Shown piece after piece: positions 23,761 through 37,100 of a stretch of DNA of 64,000 nt (the stretch's first letter is position 1; each line of letters opens with the position of its first letter). The notes under the pieces are model-generated. The model ran no database searches, had not been told where the DNA came from, and saw nothing but the letters and a program-made list of their open reading frames with translations. The stretch is taken from assembly GCA_024679065.1 (NCBI GenBank), contig JAGIQG010000009.1:95790001-95854000 (forward strand), in the 5' to 3' direction. The position numbers were made by a program, and so were the translations under genes. The DNA is from Sphyrna mokarran. Taxonomy: Eukaryota.

Positions 23761-24761
23761 TGATGTAATGTTGGCAGTCCTTTAATCTCCTTCCTGTATC
23801 CCAGGATGGGTGATTCTGATGATCAGATCGTCTTGAATATCCTCCCTTGCTTCTTTTAACCAGGATGTTTATCTACTTTCAAAACTCTAATATCTGTTAA
23901 TACATCCTCTGTTACAATGTTTATCGGATGCAGTAATTCTCACTCTTCTTCCTTAACAGGAATATCGGGATTGCTTCCTGTTTCCCAAAGACAGTGACAA
24001 TGTATTTATTCACAATCTCACCACATTCTCCACCCTGTCACACAGACTATCTTATTGGTCTGCAACAGACCGTACCCTTTCCTTCTCCTTTTCTTTTCAT
24101 GTACTTAGAGGACATTCTTTGAGGTTTCTTGATATTTTCATGCGCTCACTTTACTTTCCTGATTTCCTTTTTAATTTCACTCCTACACTCCCTGTACTAT
24201 TCCAAGTTTCTGCAGAATGAGGTGTTAAGGGTCTGATAGATTTTGCTTCTGGTATATATGAGAGTTGGATGGACCTGGTGGGTTCTGTTGGGGGTGTTCC
24301 AGCTCTGCTGGGTTTGCCTCACTCTATAGCGATGTATTTCTTTCTCATCCTCAGTGTCCCTTTTGTAATCTAGGGATACCAGTCCCACGATCAACAGCAG
24401 AGTGGATGCAAGAATCTGGGAAGATTTGATTGAAATGACAGCGATGGACTGATTTAAACACTGTATATGTGACTCTCTGTGAATGGAACTGTGGCAATAG
24501 TTTATCAGGAATTGCTCCATCTGGAGCTGCACTTTTGAAGCTGTTCTGATCTGACCTGTTTATTCTGCACAGGTTCTGGAGTATGAAGTCTCACAACACT
24601 CAGTTGAAATCCAAGAGGTTTATTTGGAATCACCAACATTTGTAGTACTGCTCCTTCATCAGACAATTCATTATTTACCCTGCACTGATTCTAAAGGATA
24701 TAGGTTGTCAGGCATTGCTCTATCAGGATCTACACTGTTTAAGCTATTCTGATCTGCCCTG

Positions 24762-25938
24762 TGTTGTGGGGCTTTTTGGAAATCAGGCTTTTCAAGTTGT
24801 CACAATATTTTTCCCTTGATGTAGCCAAACTAAGTCTCATGTCCAGCTATGTAGCAAGGATCCCAGAAAGCCAGCCAGAGTATGGAATTCAGAATTGCAC
24901 AAGCAGTTATACTTTTGGGCATGATTACAATTAATTAACATACCAATCAAGCGTTGGGAGTTAATACTATCCACTCACAACTATTGATTAATGTTACAAC
25001 ATGCATATGATACAAATGTTAAATACCAATCACCATCATTACATGTCTGTTTAATTAAGTGACACTATTATATTTTTAAGAAATGGATTATTTAAATCAT
25101 CTCTCTGCAGTTTGTAAGCAGCTTTTTTTTTGTTGTTGTTGTCAACTTTTGAGGTTAGGTGTCATTTTGTTGCTGTTTAAATGGTTCAAATGGTGTTTTG
25201 TTTATTTTTAATCTGGGTCTATTGTGATGTCCTGGAGCTTTATGAATTTACAATGTTTTTCAATTGTTAGAGGGAAGAATGACTGATAGGTCAGATGACG
25301 AGAGTAATTTCACTTTTGGTTTGGGCTGCTGGCTGCTTTTTTAGTTAGAAGATGTTTGGACTTCAAACTGAAAAGCAGTATTTCCGTGCCTCTGTCCTTG
25401 TTATTAGAAATTCTGCTATGTTGGAAGCAGTTTTTCTTGCCTTCCTGGAATGAAAACTTTGCTGTCAGTACTTTGCTGGTTAATAGCTAGATGTCAGCAG
25501 TGGCTTTATCTCTACCTCAGTGTCTGCTGGAAGTTACAAGGATGATATGGCAGAGTTTCAATTCTATCCAGTAATTCACATCAGGCATTGCTGAGCTGCA
25601 AACCACGCGGATATTCTTATTTTCTGTGCTAAACGTGAGGTGGATGTAGATTTTTAAAGATGCTTATTATATTGATGGGTGTATTTAATTGTTAAGATTT
25701 ATATACTATCATGGTTGTGTTTTTCTTGTCTGTACTAGGAAAGATTATGGGTAATTTTCATTCTTTTTGTTAACTGTATTCTTAAATAAATTTTTATTGA
25801 GAAAAGCTCCCTAGTGGGTCATTTAAATCATAGCTGAAGTGAAACACTTCATGCTTTTTCTAGCCAAATTCAAAGTATAAAACATGGTTCAAGCTGACTT
25901 CATAAAATACCTTAGAGTTTCTGACCTGAGTTATAACA
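24762..25938. mobile_element. Possible solo LTR
   Basis: Begins TGTTGT and ends ATAACA, with AATAAA about 150 bp before the end; no matching target-site duplication seen. Confidence 0.3.
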
Positions 25939-26019
25939 ATTATAATATCCAATTAGCATGAAAATTTAATCATATAAGCTATTCTAATAGAGGCGGCATA
26001 ATGGGGCAGCATCGTGGCA

Positions 26020-26340
26020 CAGTCGGACAACCTGGTGGCACAGTGGTTATCATTGCTTCCTCACAGCACCAAAGACCAGGGTTCAATTCCAGCTAGACAC
26101 TTGTCCGTGTGGAGTTTGCACATTCTCCTAGTGGCCGTGTGGTCTTCGTCCAGGTGCTCCGGTTTCCACCCACAGTCCAAAGATGTGCATGTTAGGTTGA
26201 TTGGCCATGATAAATTGACCCTAGTGACAGGGACATTAGCAGCGTAAACATGTGGGTTACAAGAATAGGATCTGAGTGGGATTGTGGTCAGTCCAGACTC
26301 GATGGACCGAAAGGCATTCTTCCTGTAAGGATTCTATGAA
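26020..26340 (+). mobile_element. HE1-like V-SINE
   Basis: GGTGGCACAGTGGTTATCATTGC...GTGTGGAGTTTGCACATTCTCC...GGATTCTATGA. Confidence 0.8.
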
Positions 26341-27764
26341 TTCATGTTGTTACAAGTCATCTATAGCACTCTAGCTTTAGTCTGGGGTTTGTATATATCA
26401 AATACCTCTCCCATGTCCAGATGTCTAATTTAGTGAACTCTTTCAGTTTAGTAGTCTTTGTTAATAAATGAACCTCTATTCTAGGCTTACCTTCCAAGTG
26501 CTGAGGCCTTGACGTTTACCTGGGTAAGCTTTAACAGAGACAGTGGTTTCTCTAATAGCAGCTTATGTATGATTATTAACACTTTCACTCTGTTCATCCT
26601 GTCCAGGGAGGTGATTTTACCTTTGTGCCCACTGGCTGATTGGCAGGGTGAGCTGGTGATATGGTGAGCAAGTTGAGAAATCAGGTTCACACCCAATTTC
26701 TCCCCTTTCACAATCTTTCCCACACCAAACATCCGGCAAGATCAGCCTCACATCCATTTCCAGTGCAAGGCTGAATAAATCATTTAAATAAAATTGTCAT
26801 ACTTTTTGTATTGAATTCACAAGCCTGGGGCATTATCGTTTGGGTTCTCTTGCCTCTGTGGCCTCACCAGGAGAGATTCTCTCCAGTGAGAATCACAACT
26901 GGCCCCATCAATGTGGAACTAGATGTAATGGCCTCGCTGGTAGAAAAAGAGGTCTTGTGGATCCCTGCAGGGGTAACTGGCAGGGAAAGTGCTCCTTGGG
27001 CAGTACCAATCTCGCACCCTAGCACTGCCAATTGGGTATCAGGCCATGTTAAGAAGGTGGGGCTGAGGAGGCAGGCCTATTGGGGAGGGGTCAGACTGGG
27101 GCAGCCGATTGGTGCTGGTGGACAGGTGGGAAACACTGTGCACTGTACGACAGTAATCAGTGTGGGAGGGAGGGTCATGCTCTGGGCTGGCCATGGAGGG
27201 GAGGGGGTATTTGGGCTGGATTTTTTGGTGAGACGGGGTGTCGCGAAGATGATCTATCTAGCAGGTAGGAGGTGGAGCAAGTGGCGAGCGTAGATCAGCA
27301 CAAGCAGGCAAGAGGGTCACAGTAGGCCACAGGTCCCCCACAGTAGCTGGGAGCGGGGTGGTGTGTTTAGGCCAGAGAGGCTGGCTGAGAACAGCAGAGG
27401 CTGAATGACAGTCCTCTCTGCTCCCACAGCAGAGAGACCTTTGCAAGGTCAGAAATACACATCAAGAGATGTTAACAGATGGTGATGGGAATATTTTGTA
27501 GACATATGTATATGGACTTCTGAAAAAAAAATACCACTTGGGATTATTAGTGAAGATGAAATCGATTCTTTGCATATCTCTTTAGCTAGATCACAATGAT
27601 CTTTTACCATTCCAGCCTGTCATTCCAGATTAAGATTTGGAAGATGAAGGAAGGTGACCTTTGTGTTCCTATCCAGTTCCACTTCCCCAAGCAGTGGTTC
27701 CTGATTTTGACAACCCATCACATGTCATGATATGGTGTGACCATATCATGTGGAGTTTGGGCTG

Positions 27765-28045
27765 CTAGCAGTGTTGAGGTATTGTCACTGGATAGGAATC
27801 CAAAGACACAGGACGAAGCCCCAGGAACCTGGATTGAATCCCATTATGGGAGAGGATGGAAATTGAACTCAATAAAAAATAAAGTCTAATGATGACCATG
27901 AAGCCATTGCTGACTATTGTAAAAACCCATCTAGTTCACTAATGTCCTTGAAGGAAGAATTCTGACATCCTTACCTGATCTGTCCAACATGTGACTCCAA
28001 ACCCACAGCAATGTGATTGTCTCTTAAATGTCTTCGGAAATGACC
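27765..28045 (+). mobile_element. Degenerate SINE-like repeat
   Basis: AAAACCCATCTAGTTCACTAATGTCCTT...CCACAGCAATGTG core recalled from elasmobranch repeats; family not assigned. Confidence 0.45.
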
Positions 28046-28214
28046 CAGCAGGATTAGAGGTGAAGAATGTGCAATGTGCATGTACACATTTCATCTGAAT
28101 CACTGTAACCTTGTCCCACTGCTGCATCCTTTTCAACAGAGCTGCCGTGGATTTGTACATGGCTGAAGTGAGGGACGATGGGGGAATGGAGTAAAGGGTG
28201 CTAAACAAAAATTA

Positions 28215-28495
28215 AAGTTTCCAGTTTATTTATTAGTGTCACAAGTGGACTTATGTTAACGTTGCAAGGAAGCTTACTGTGAAAACTCTCTGGTGTCTGT
28301 TCAGTCTCAGTGAGGGAGGATGTAGCATTTCCAGTGCACCTCGACAGTACAACTTTCAAAAGGTGGGAGGAAACGTGAGCATCAGGAGAAAACCCACACT
28401 GACACAGGAATAACATGCAAACTCAACACAGGCAGTTGCCCAAATCAGGAATCCAGGTTCCTGGCGCTGTGAGACAGGAGTGCTAACCACTGTGA
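28215..28495 (-). mobile_element. HE1-like V-SINE
   Basis: Minus strand reads CACAGTGGTTAGCACTCCTGTCTCACAGCGCCAGGAACC; AATAAATAAACT tail. Confidence 0.75.
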
Positions 28496-29039
28496 CTATA
28501 CACTCTCCTCTATACAAGCGCACAAACATCAGCAAGAGTAAGTCAGCAAATTACCAATCTAAACTATTTTACTTTCTGTGAAGTATACCGCAATACCAGA
28601 TTACACCCATGATGATGCTAATATGTGTGCAGTGTGTATGTTTCTTAACACTACATTTCTCTCTCAGTCACTGTCCTTGGACAAACATCCCATTATTTTC
28701 CATTCTATCTCAACTGGGAGCCCTGGATAATATTGGCAATCAAATATAATCTTTTGACATTGAATTTGATTTCTGACACTGTCATGTTTGCTCCTTAGGT
28801 AACCTATCATTATTTAAGCAGAAGATTAAATGATACTTGCATATTTCAAATCATCTCAAATTGAGACAGCCTCATGTATAGTTTACTTCAGAACATTCAC
28901 AGAAAAGAGATAAAATGTATTTTAACTCCCAGCAAATTTCTCTTTAAGCATTTTAAAATATTAATTCACATATAATGAATTTGTGAATTCCAAATTCTTC
29001 TGCCCTGTTTTCATGTTTCTTTAAGTGATACTATAGGGC

Positions 29040-29280
29040 AGCACCAAGGACCCAGATTCAATTCCCGGCTTGGGTCACTGCCTGTGTGGAGAATGCACAT
29101 TCTGCCCGTGTCTGTGTAGGTTTCCTCCCACAGTCCAAAAGATGTGCTGGTTAGGTGGATTAACCATGCTAAATTCTCCCTCAGCAGAACGTGCATGAGT
29201 GTGGCGATGAAGAGATTCCACAGTAAATTAATTGCAGTGTTAATGTCAGCCGACTTGTGACACTGATAAAATACTTAAAC
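29040..29280 (+). mobile_element. HE1-like V-SINE
   Basis: GGACCCAGATTCAATTCCCGGCTTGGGTCACTG core. Confidence 0.7.
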
Positions 29281-31142
29281 AAAAAGTCCATTGGAATGTG
29301 TGCTCAAGTCAAGATCTCCCATTCCCAAGCACACTGGCTTGGCAAATCACAAATATCTTTGAAATATCAAAGCCTTTCTACAAATTGGTAGCTGCAGGCG
29401 AGTTTCCAATTCTTGTAGTTGTTGGAAATATTGTTACACTTTGCAGTATTGGACACAACTGTTATCTGTGCGGATGTGTGAGAGTTTATAAAACAGAAAA
29501 AGATCATCCTGCTCAGAGCTGAATGGGTTAATTTAAATTAAAACATGTTTGGTGAAGGAATTTATGTCTCTGTGATTTCAGAGACTGAGTTACAATGTTC
29601 TTAGAGTAATGGCGGTTTTAGCTGAACAAAAATACTTCTTCAAGTCTTGTGGATTCACCAATTCAAACTGAATATTTCCGAATAAAGATCTTGGAACACA
29701 ATGGATTAGAAGATAAATTCTTAATTGTTCCCCAGGGTGACTTCTATGAAGATTTTAAACACAAGAATAATCCACCAACAATCACCTTAAATTCAACTCC
29801 TTATTTCGAAATTGCACTGTCAAAATTGAAGAAACGACTCCACTCTGACAGATGTGGATTTGTATCTGAATTAGAAATCCACATGTTTCACCCGTTTCAA
29901 TAGAGTTTCATTGTTGCGGTAACAAGTTTTCAGTTTCAAAACTTTTAAATTGTTCTCCCCCTTTAGACTTAACCATTTTCAGGAAAACACATCAGAATTG
30001 GAGCCGGTCTGAAGGAACAGCAATGCAGAGCATTCACACAGCCTTTCCTCATTCACTAACAGGACATTTACACACACACATCTGGACACACAATTCTTTC
30101 TCACATCACTTCAAGTTTCACTCTGGATCTTTTCAACATTAAAAAGGTGTCCTTTAAAGGAGATAAAATAAATTCCATCACATTTTCTTTCTTCACTAAT
30201 GTCTGTTATTGAAGTGAAGGGAAAACCGCGTTTCACAAATAACAGTAAAGGAAACATTGAAGATTGTTCCATTGAAACAGCAGAGGGCGGAGTTTCTAAC
30301 AGAGTGTGTTTCAATTCCAAAACTTCTACAAACTTCTTCAACTTAAAAAGTAAAACTTGTTTTATTTTCTCAATTCTGGGGACACAATTGAAATTCCTTG
30401 CACTCTAATTTCTATTTCACTGCAATTTTCCTGTTTATTTTCTCCCACCCGGAAGCCGAGGATCCGCTTCAGTCCCGGTTTCGATTTGAAATTTATTTTA
30501 ACTTTCTCTCTTTCCGACAACAGTCAATCCGGCAGCTCATTTTCCATCATCTCAATGGCATTGCCCCAGTCTGTCTCCCCGCGGTTACAATCCGGACAAC
30601 AGCATCAAACCGCCTCAGTTCACCCAGAATTTTCCAACTTCAACACGGAATTCACAAAACATCAACAACCTTCCCCTCCCCTCCTCCTCTTTTCAGTTGT
30701 TGTCTGAATAAACTCAACCATCGATCAACCATCGAATCCTTGCAGTACAGAAGGAGGACATTCGGCCCCTCGAGTCTGCACCGAATAGCATTTTGCCCAA
30801 GAGCTGAGTTTCTCTCCACCAAATTCCCAGCCTCTGATCCACTCTTGCGGCGACAATGTTTCATTTCTTTTTTCGAACCTGCTTCTGATATTCCACCAAC
30901 CAGACATCAACAGCCCATTCCTGAAAAACAGCGAGATCCATTTCTTCATCCTGATTCAATAATCTAATCTTTGGTCTCACATCTCCGTGATCTCTCACTA
31001 TTTGTTTCTTCCTGTCGACTTTCTCCCAATCATTCCAATTTCCCTGCTCTGATCCAAGCATCCAATCTGCAAATACTGTTTCTTTATGCACCATTTTACC
31101 TTTCATTTTAACTCTTGACTGACCAGCTATTCACTTTTTCAA

Positions 31143-34100
31143 ATCAAGTACAGCACAGAGCTCATATAGTGGGAGAGACAGTATCAGTACAGGACACAGT
31201 TCACACACTGAGAGGGAGAGTATCAATACAGGACACAGTGCACATAATGGGAGAGACAGTATCAGTACAGGACACAGTTCACATACTGAGAGGGACAGTA
31301 TCAGTACAGGACACAGTTCACACACTGAGAGGGACAGTATCAGTACAGGACACAGCGCACATACTGGGAGAGACAGTATCAGTACAGGACACAGCGCACA
31401 CACTGAGAGGGACAGTATCAGTACAGGACACAGCTCACACACTGAGAGGGACAGTATCAGTACAGGACACAGCTCAAACACTGAGAGGGACAGTATCAGT
31501 ACAGGACACAGTTCACATACTGAGAGAGACAGTATCAGTACAGGACACAGCTCACACACTGAGAGGGGCAGTATCAGTACAGGACACAGTTCACACACTG
31601 AGAGGGACAGTATCAGTACAGGACACAGTTCACATACTGAGAGAGACAGTATCAGTACAGGACACAGCACACACACTGAGAGGGACAGTATCAGTACAGG
31701 ACACAGTTCACACACTGAGAGGGACAGTATCAGTACAGGACACAGTTCACACACTGAGAGAGACAGTATTAGCGTAGGACACAGTTCACACACTGAGAGG
31801 GACAGTATCAGTTCAGGACACAGCTCACACACTGAGAGGGACAGTATTAGCGTAGGACACAGTTCACACACTGAGAGGACAGTATCAGTACAGGACACAG
31901 TTCATACACTCAGAGGGACAGTATCAGTACAAGACACAGCTCACACACTGAGAGGGACAGTATCAGTACAGGACACAATTCACACACTGAGAGGGACAGT
32001 ATCAGCGTACGACACAGTTCACATACTGAGAGGGACAGTATCAGTACAAGACACAGTTCACATACTGAGAGGGACAGTATCAGCGTAGGACACAGTTCAC
32101 ATACTGAGAGGGACAGTATCAGTACAAGACACAATTCACATACTGAGAGGGACAGTATCACCGTAGGACACAGTTCACATACTGAGAGGGACAGTATCAG
32201 TACAGGACACAGCTCACACACTGAGAGGGACAGTATCAGTACAGGACACAGTTCACACACTGAGAGGGACAGTATCAGTACAGGACATAGCTCACACACT
32301 GAGAGGGACGGTATCAGTACAGGACACAGTTCACACACTGAGAGGGACAGTATCAGTACAGGACACAGTTCACATACCGAGAGGGACAGTATCAGTACAG
32401 GACACAGTTCACACACTGAGAGGGACAGTGTCAGTACAGGACACAGCTCACACACTGAGAGGGACAGTATCAGTACAGGACACAGTTCACACACTGAGAG
32501 GGACAGTATCAGTACAGGCACAGTTCACACACTGAGAGGGACAGTATCAGCGTAGGACACAGTTCACACACTGAGAGGGACAGTATCAGTACAGGACACA
32601 GCTCACACACCGAGAGGGACAGTATCAGTACAGAACACAGTTCACACACTGAGAGAGACCGTATCGGTACAGGAGACAGTTCACATACTGAGAGGGACAG
32701 TATCAGTACAAGACACAGTTCACATACTGAGAGGGACAGTATCAGCGTAGGACACAGTTCACATACTGAGAGGGACAGTATCAGTACAGGACACAGCTCA
32801 CACACTGAGAGGGACAGTATCAGTACAGGACACAGCTCACACACTGAGAGAGACAGTATCAGTACAGGACACAGTTCACATACTGAGAGAGACAGTATCA
32901 GTACAGGACACAGCTCACACCCTGAGAGAGACAGTGTGAGTACAGGACACAGCTCACACACTGAGAGGGACAGTATCAGTACAGGACACAGTTCACACAC
33001 TGAGAGGGACAGTATCAGTACAGGACACAGCTCAGAAACTGAGAGAGACAGTATCAGTACAGGACACAGCTCAGACACTGAGAGGGACAGTATCGATACA
33101 GGACACAGCTCACACACTGAGAGGGACAGTATCAGTACAGGACCTAGCTCACACACTGAGAGGGACAGTATCAGTACAGGACACAGTTCATATACTGAGA
33201 GGGACAGTATCAGCGTAGGACACAGTTCACATACTGAGAGAGACAGTATCATTGCAGGACACAGCTCACACACTAAGAGAGACAGTATGAGTACAGGACA
33301 CAGCTCACAGACTGAGAGGGACAGTATCATTACAAGACACAGTTCACACACTGAGTGGGACAATATTAGTACAGGACACAGTTCACACACTGAGAGAGAG
33401 TATCAGCGTAGGACACAGTTCACAGACTGAGGGACAGTATCAGTACAGGACACAGCTCACACACTGAGAGGGACAGTATCAGTACGGGACACAGCTCACA
33501 CAGAGGGCTGTATCAGTACAGGACACAGTTCACACACTGAGAGGGACAGCATCAGTACAGGACACAGTTCACACAGTGAGAGGGGCAGTATCAGTACAGG
33601 ACACAATTCACACACTGAGAGAGACCGTATTAGCGTAGGACACAGTTCACACACTGAGACGGACAGTATCAGTACAGGACACAGCTCACACACTGAGAGA
33701 GACGGTATCAGTACAGGACACAGCTCAGACACTGAGAGGGACAGTATCAGTACAGGACACAGTTCACACACTTAGAGGGACAGTATCAGTACAGGACACA
33801 GTTCACACACTGAGAGGGACAGTATCAGTACAGGACACAGTTCACATACTGAGAGGGACAGTATCAGCGTAGGACACAGTTCACATACTGAGAGGGTCAA
33901 TATCAGTACAAGACACAGTTCACATACGGAGAGAGACAGTATCAGTACAGGACATTGTTCACATACTGAGAGGGACAGCATCAGTACAGGACACAGTTCA
34001 CACAGTGAGAGGGGCAGTATCAGTACAGGACACAGTTCACACACTGAGAGAGACCGTATTAGCGTAGGACACAGTTCACACACTGAGACGGACAGTATCA

Positions 34101-37100
34101 GTACAGGACACAGCTCACACACTGAGAGAGACGGTATCAGTACAGGACACAGCTCAGACACTGAGAGGGACAGTATCAGTACAGGACACAGTTCACACAC
34201 TGAGAGGGACAGTATCAGTACAGGACACAGTTCACACACTGAGAGGGACAGTATCAGTACAGGACACAGTTCACATACTGAGAGGGACAGTATCAGCGTA
34301 GGACACAGTTCACATACTGAGAGGGTCAATATCAGTACAAGACACAGTTCACATACGGAGAGAGACAGTATCAGTACAGGACATTGTTCACATACTGAGA
34401 GAGACAGTATCAGTACAGGACACAGTTCACACACTGAGAGGGACAGTATCAGCGTGGGACAAAGTTCACACACTGAGAGGGACAATATCAGTACAGGACA
34501 CAGCTCACACACTGAGAGGGACAGTATCAGTACGGGACACAGCTCACACGCTGAGAGGGACTGTATCAGTACAGGACACAGTTCACACACTGAGAGAGAC
34601 CGTATCAGCGTAGGACACAGTTCACACAGTGAGAGGGACAGTATCAGTACAGGACACAATTCACACACTGAGAGAGACCGTATCAGCGTAGGACACAGTT
34701 CACACACTGAGACGGACAGTATCAGTACAGGACACAGCTCACACACTGAGAGGGACAGTATCAGTACAGGACACAGCTCACACACTGAGAGGGACAGTAT
34801 CAGTTCATGACACAGTTCACACACTGACAGGGACAGTATCAGTAGAGGACACAGTTCACACACTGATAGGGACAGTATCAGTGTAGAACACAGTTCACTT
34901 ACTGAGAGGGACAGTATCAGTACAGGACACAGTTCACACACTGAGAGGGACAGTATCAGTACAGGGCACAGCTCACACACTGAAAGGGACAGTATCAGTA
35001 AAGGACACAGTTCACATACTGAGAGGGACAGTATCAGTACAGGACACAGCTCCACACTGAGGGGGACAGTATCACTACAGGACACAGCTCACACACTGAG
35101 GGGGACAGTATCAGTACAGGACACAGCTCACACAGTGAAAGGGACAGTATCAGTACAGGAGACAGCTCACACACTGAGAGGGACAGTATCAGTAGAGAAC
35201 ACAGTTCACACACTGAGAGAGACAGTATCAGTACAGGACGCAGCTCACACACTGAGAGGGACAGTATCAGTACAGGACACAGCTCCACACTGAGGGGGAC
35301 AGTATCAGTACAGGACACAGCTCACACACTGAGAGGGACAGTATCAGTACAGGACACAGCTCACACAGTGAAAGGGACAGTATCAGTACAGGACACAGTT
35401 CACACACTGAGAGAGACAGTATCAGTACAGGACACAGCTCACACACTGAGAGGGACAGTATCAGTACAGGACACAGTTCACACACTGAGAGAGACAGTAT
35501 CAGTTCAGGACACAGTTCACACACTGAGTGGGACAGTATCAGTACAGGACACATTTCACACACTGAGAGGGACAGTATCAGTACAGGACACAGTTCACAC
35601 ACTGAGAGGGACAGTATAGTACAGGACACAGTTCACACACTAGGGGACAGTATCAGTACAGGACACAGTTCACACACTGAGAGGGACAGTATCAGTACAG
35701 GACACAGCTCACACACTGAGGGGGACAGTATCAGTACAGGACACAGTTCACACACTGAGAGGGACAGTATCAGTACAGGACACAGTTCACACACTGAGAG
35801 GGACAGTATCAGTAGAGGACACAGTTCACACACTGAGAGAGACAGTATCAGTACAGGACACAGCTCACACACTGAGAGGGACAGTATCAGTACAGGACAC
35901 AGTTCACACACTGAGGGGACAGTATCAGTACAGGACACAGCTCACACACTGAGGGGGACAGTATCAGTACAGGACACAGCTCACACAGTGAAAGGGACAG
36001 TATCAGTACAGGACACAGCTCACACACTGAGAGGGACAGTATCAGTACAGGACACAGTTCACACACTGAGAGAGACAGTATCAGTACAGGACGCAGCTCA
36101 CACACTGAGAGGGACAGTATCAGTACAGGACACAGTTCACACACTGAGAGAGACAGTATCAGTTCAGGACACAGCTCACACACTGAGTGGGACAGTATCA
36201 GTACAGGACACATTTCACACACTGAGAGGGACAGTATCAGTACAGGACACAGCTCAGACACTGAGAGGGACAGTATTAGTACAGGACACAGTTCACACAC
36301 TGATAGGGACAGTATCAGTAGAGGACACAGTTCACACACTGATAGGGACTGTATCAGTGTAGAACACAGTTCACATACTGAGAGGGACAGTATCAGCGTA
36401 GGAGACAGTTCACATACTGAGAGGGACAGTATCAGTACAGGACACAGTTCACACACTGAGAGGGCAGTATCAGTACAGGACACAGTTCACACACTGAGAG
36501 AGACAGTATCAGCGTAGGACACAGTTCACACACTGAGAGGGACAGTATCAGTACAGGACACAGTTCACACACTGAGAGGGACAGTATCAGTACAGGACGC
36601 AGTTCACACACTGAGAGAGACAGTATCAGCGTAGGACACCGTTCACACACTGAGAGGGACAGTATCAGTACAGGACACAGCTCACACACTGAGAGGGACA
36701 GTATCAGTACACGACACAGTTCACACACTGAGAGGGACAGTATCAGTACAGGACACAATTCACGCACTGAGAGGGACAGTATCAGTACAGGACACAGTTC
36801 ACACACTGAGAGGGACAGTATCAGTACAGGACACAGTTCACACACTGAGAGGTACAGTATCAGTACAGGACACAGTTCCCACACTGAGAGAGACAGTATC
36901 AGCGTAGGACACAGTTCACACACTGAGAGGGACAGTATCAGTATAGGACACAGCTTACACACTGTGAGAGACAGTATCAGTACAGGACACAGCTCACACA
37001 CTGAGAGAGACAGTATCAGTACACGACACAGTTCACATACTGAGAGAGACAGAATCAGTACAGGACACAGTTCACATACTGAGAGAGACAGTATCAGTAC

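Noticed and set aside
26400-27450. GC-richer stretch with a 160-aa plus-strand ORF as a gene
   Set aside because: No recognisable domain or splice structure; the minus strand faintly resembles a decayed non-LTR endonuclease, but too weakly to call.
30398-30967. 189-aa ORF
   Set aside because: Non-ATG start, no recognisable domain, and it runs through a SINE/LINE tail fragment at about 30725-30790.
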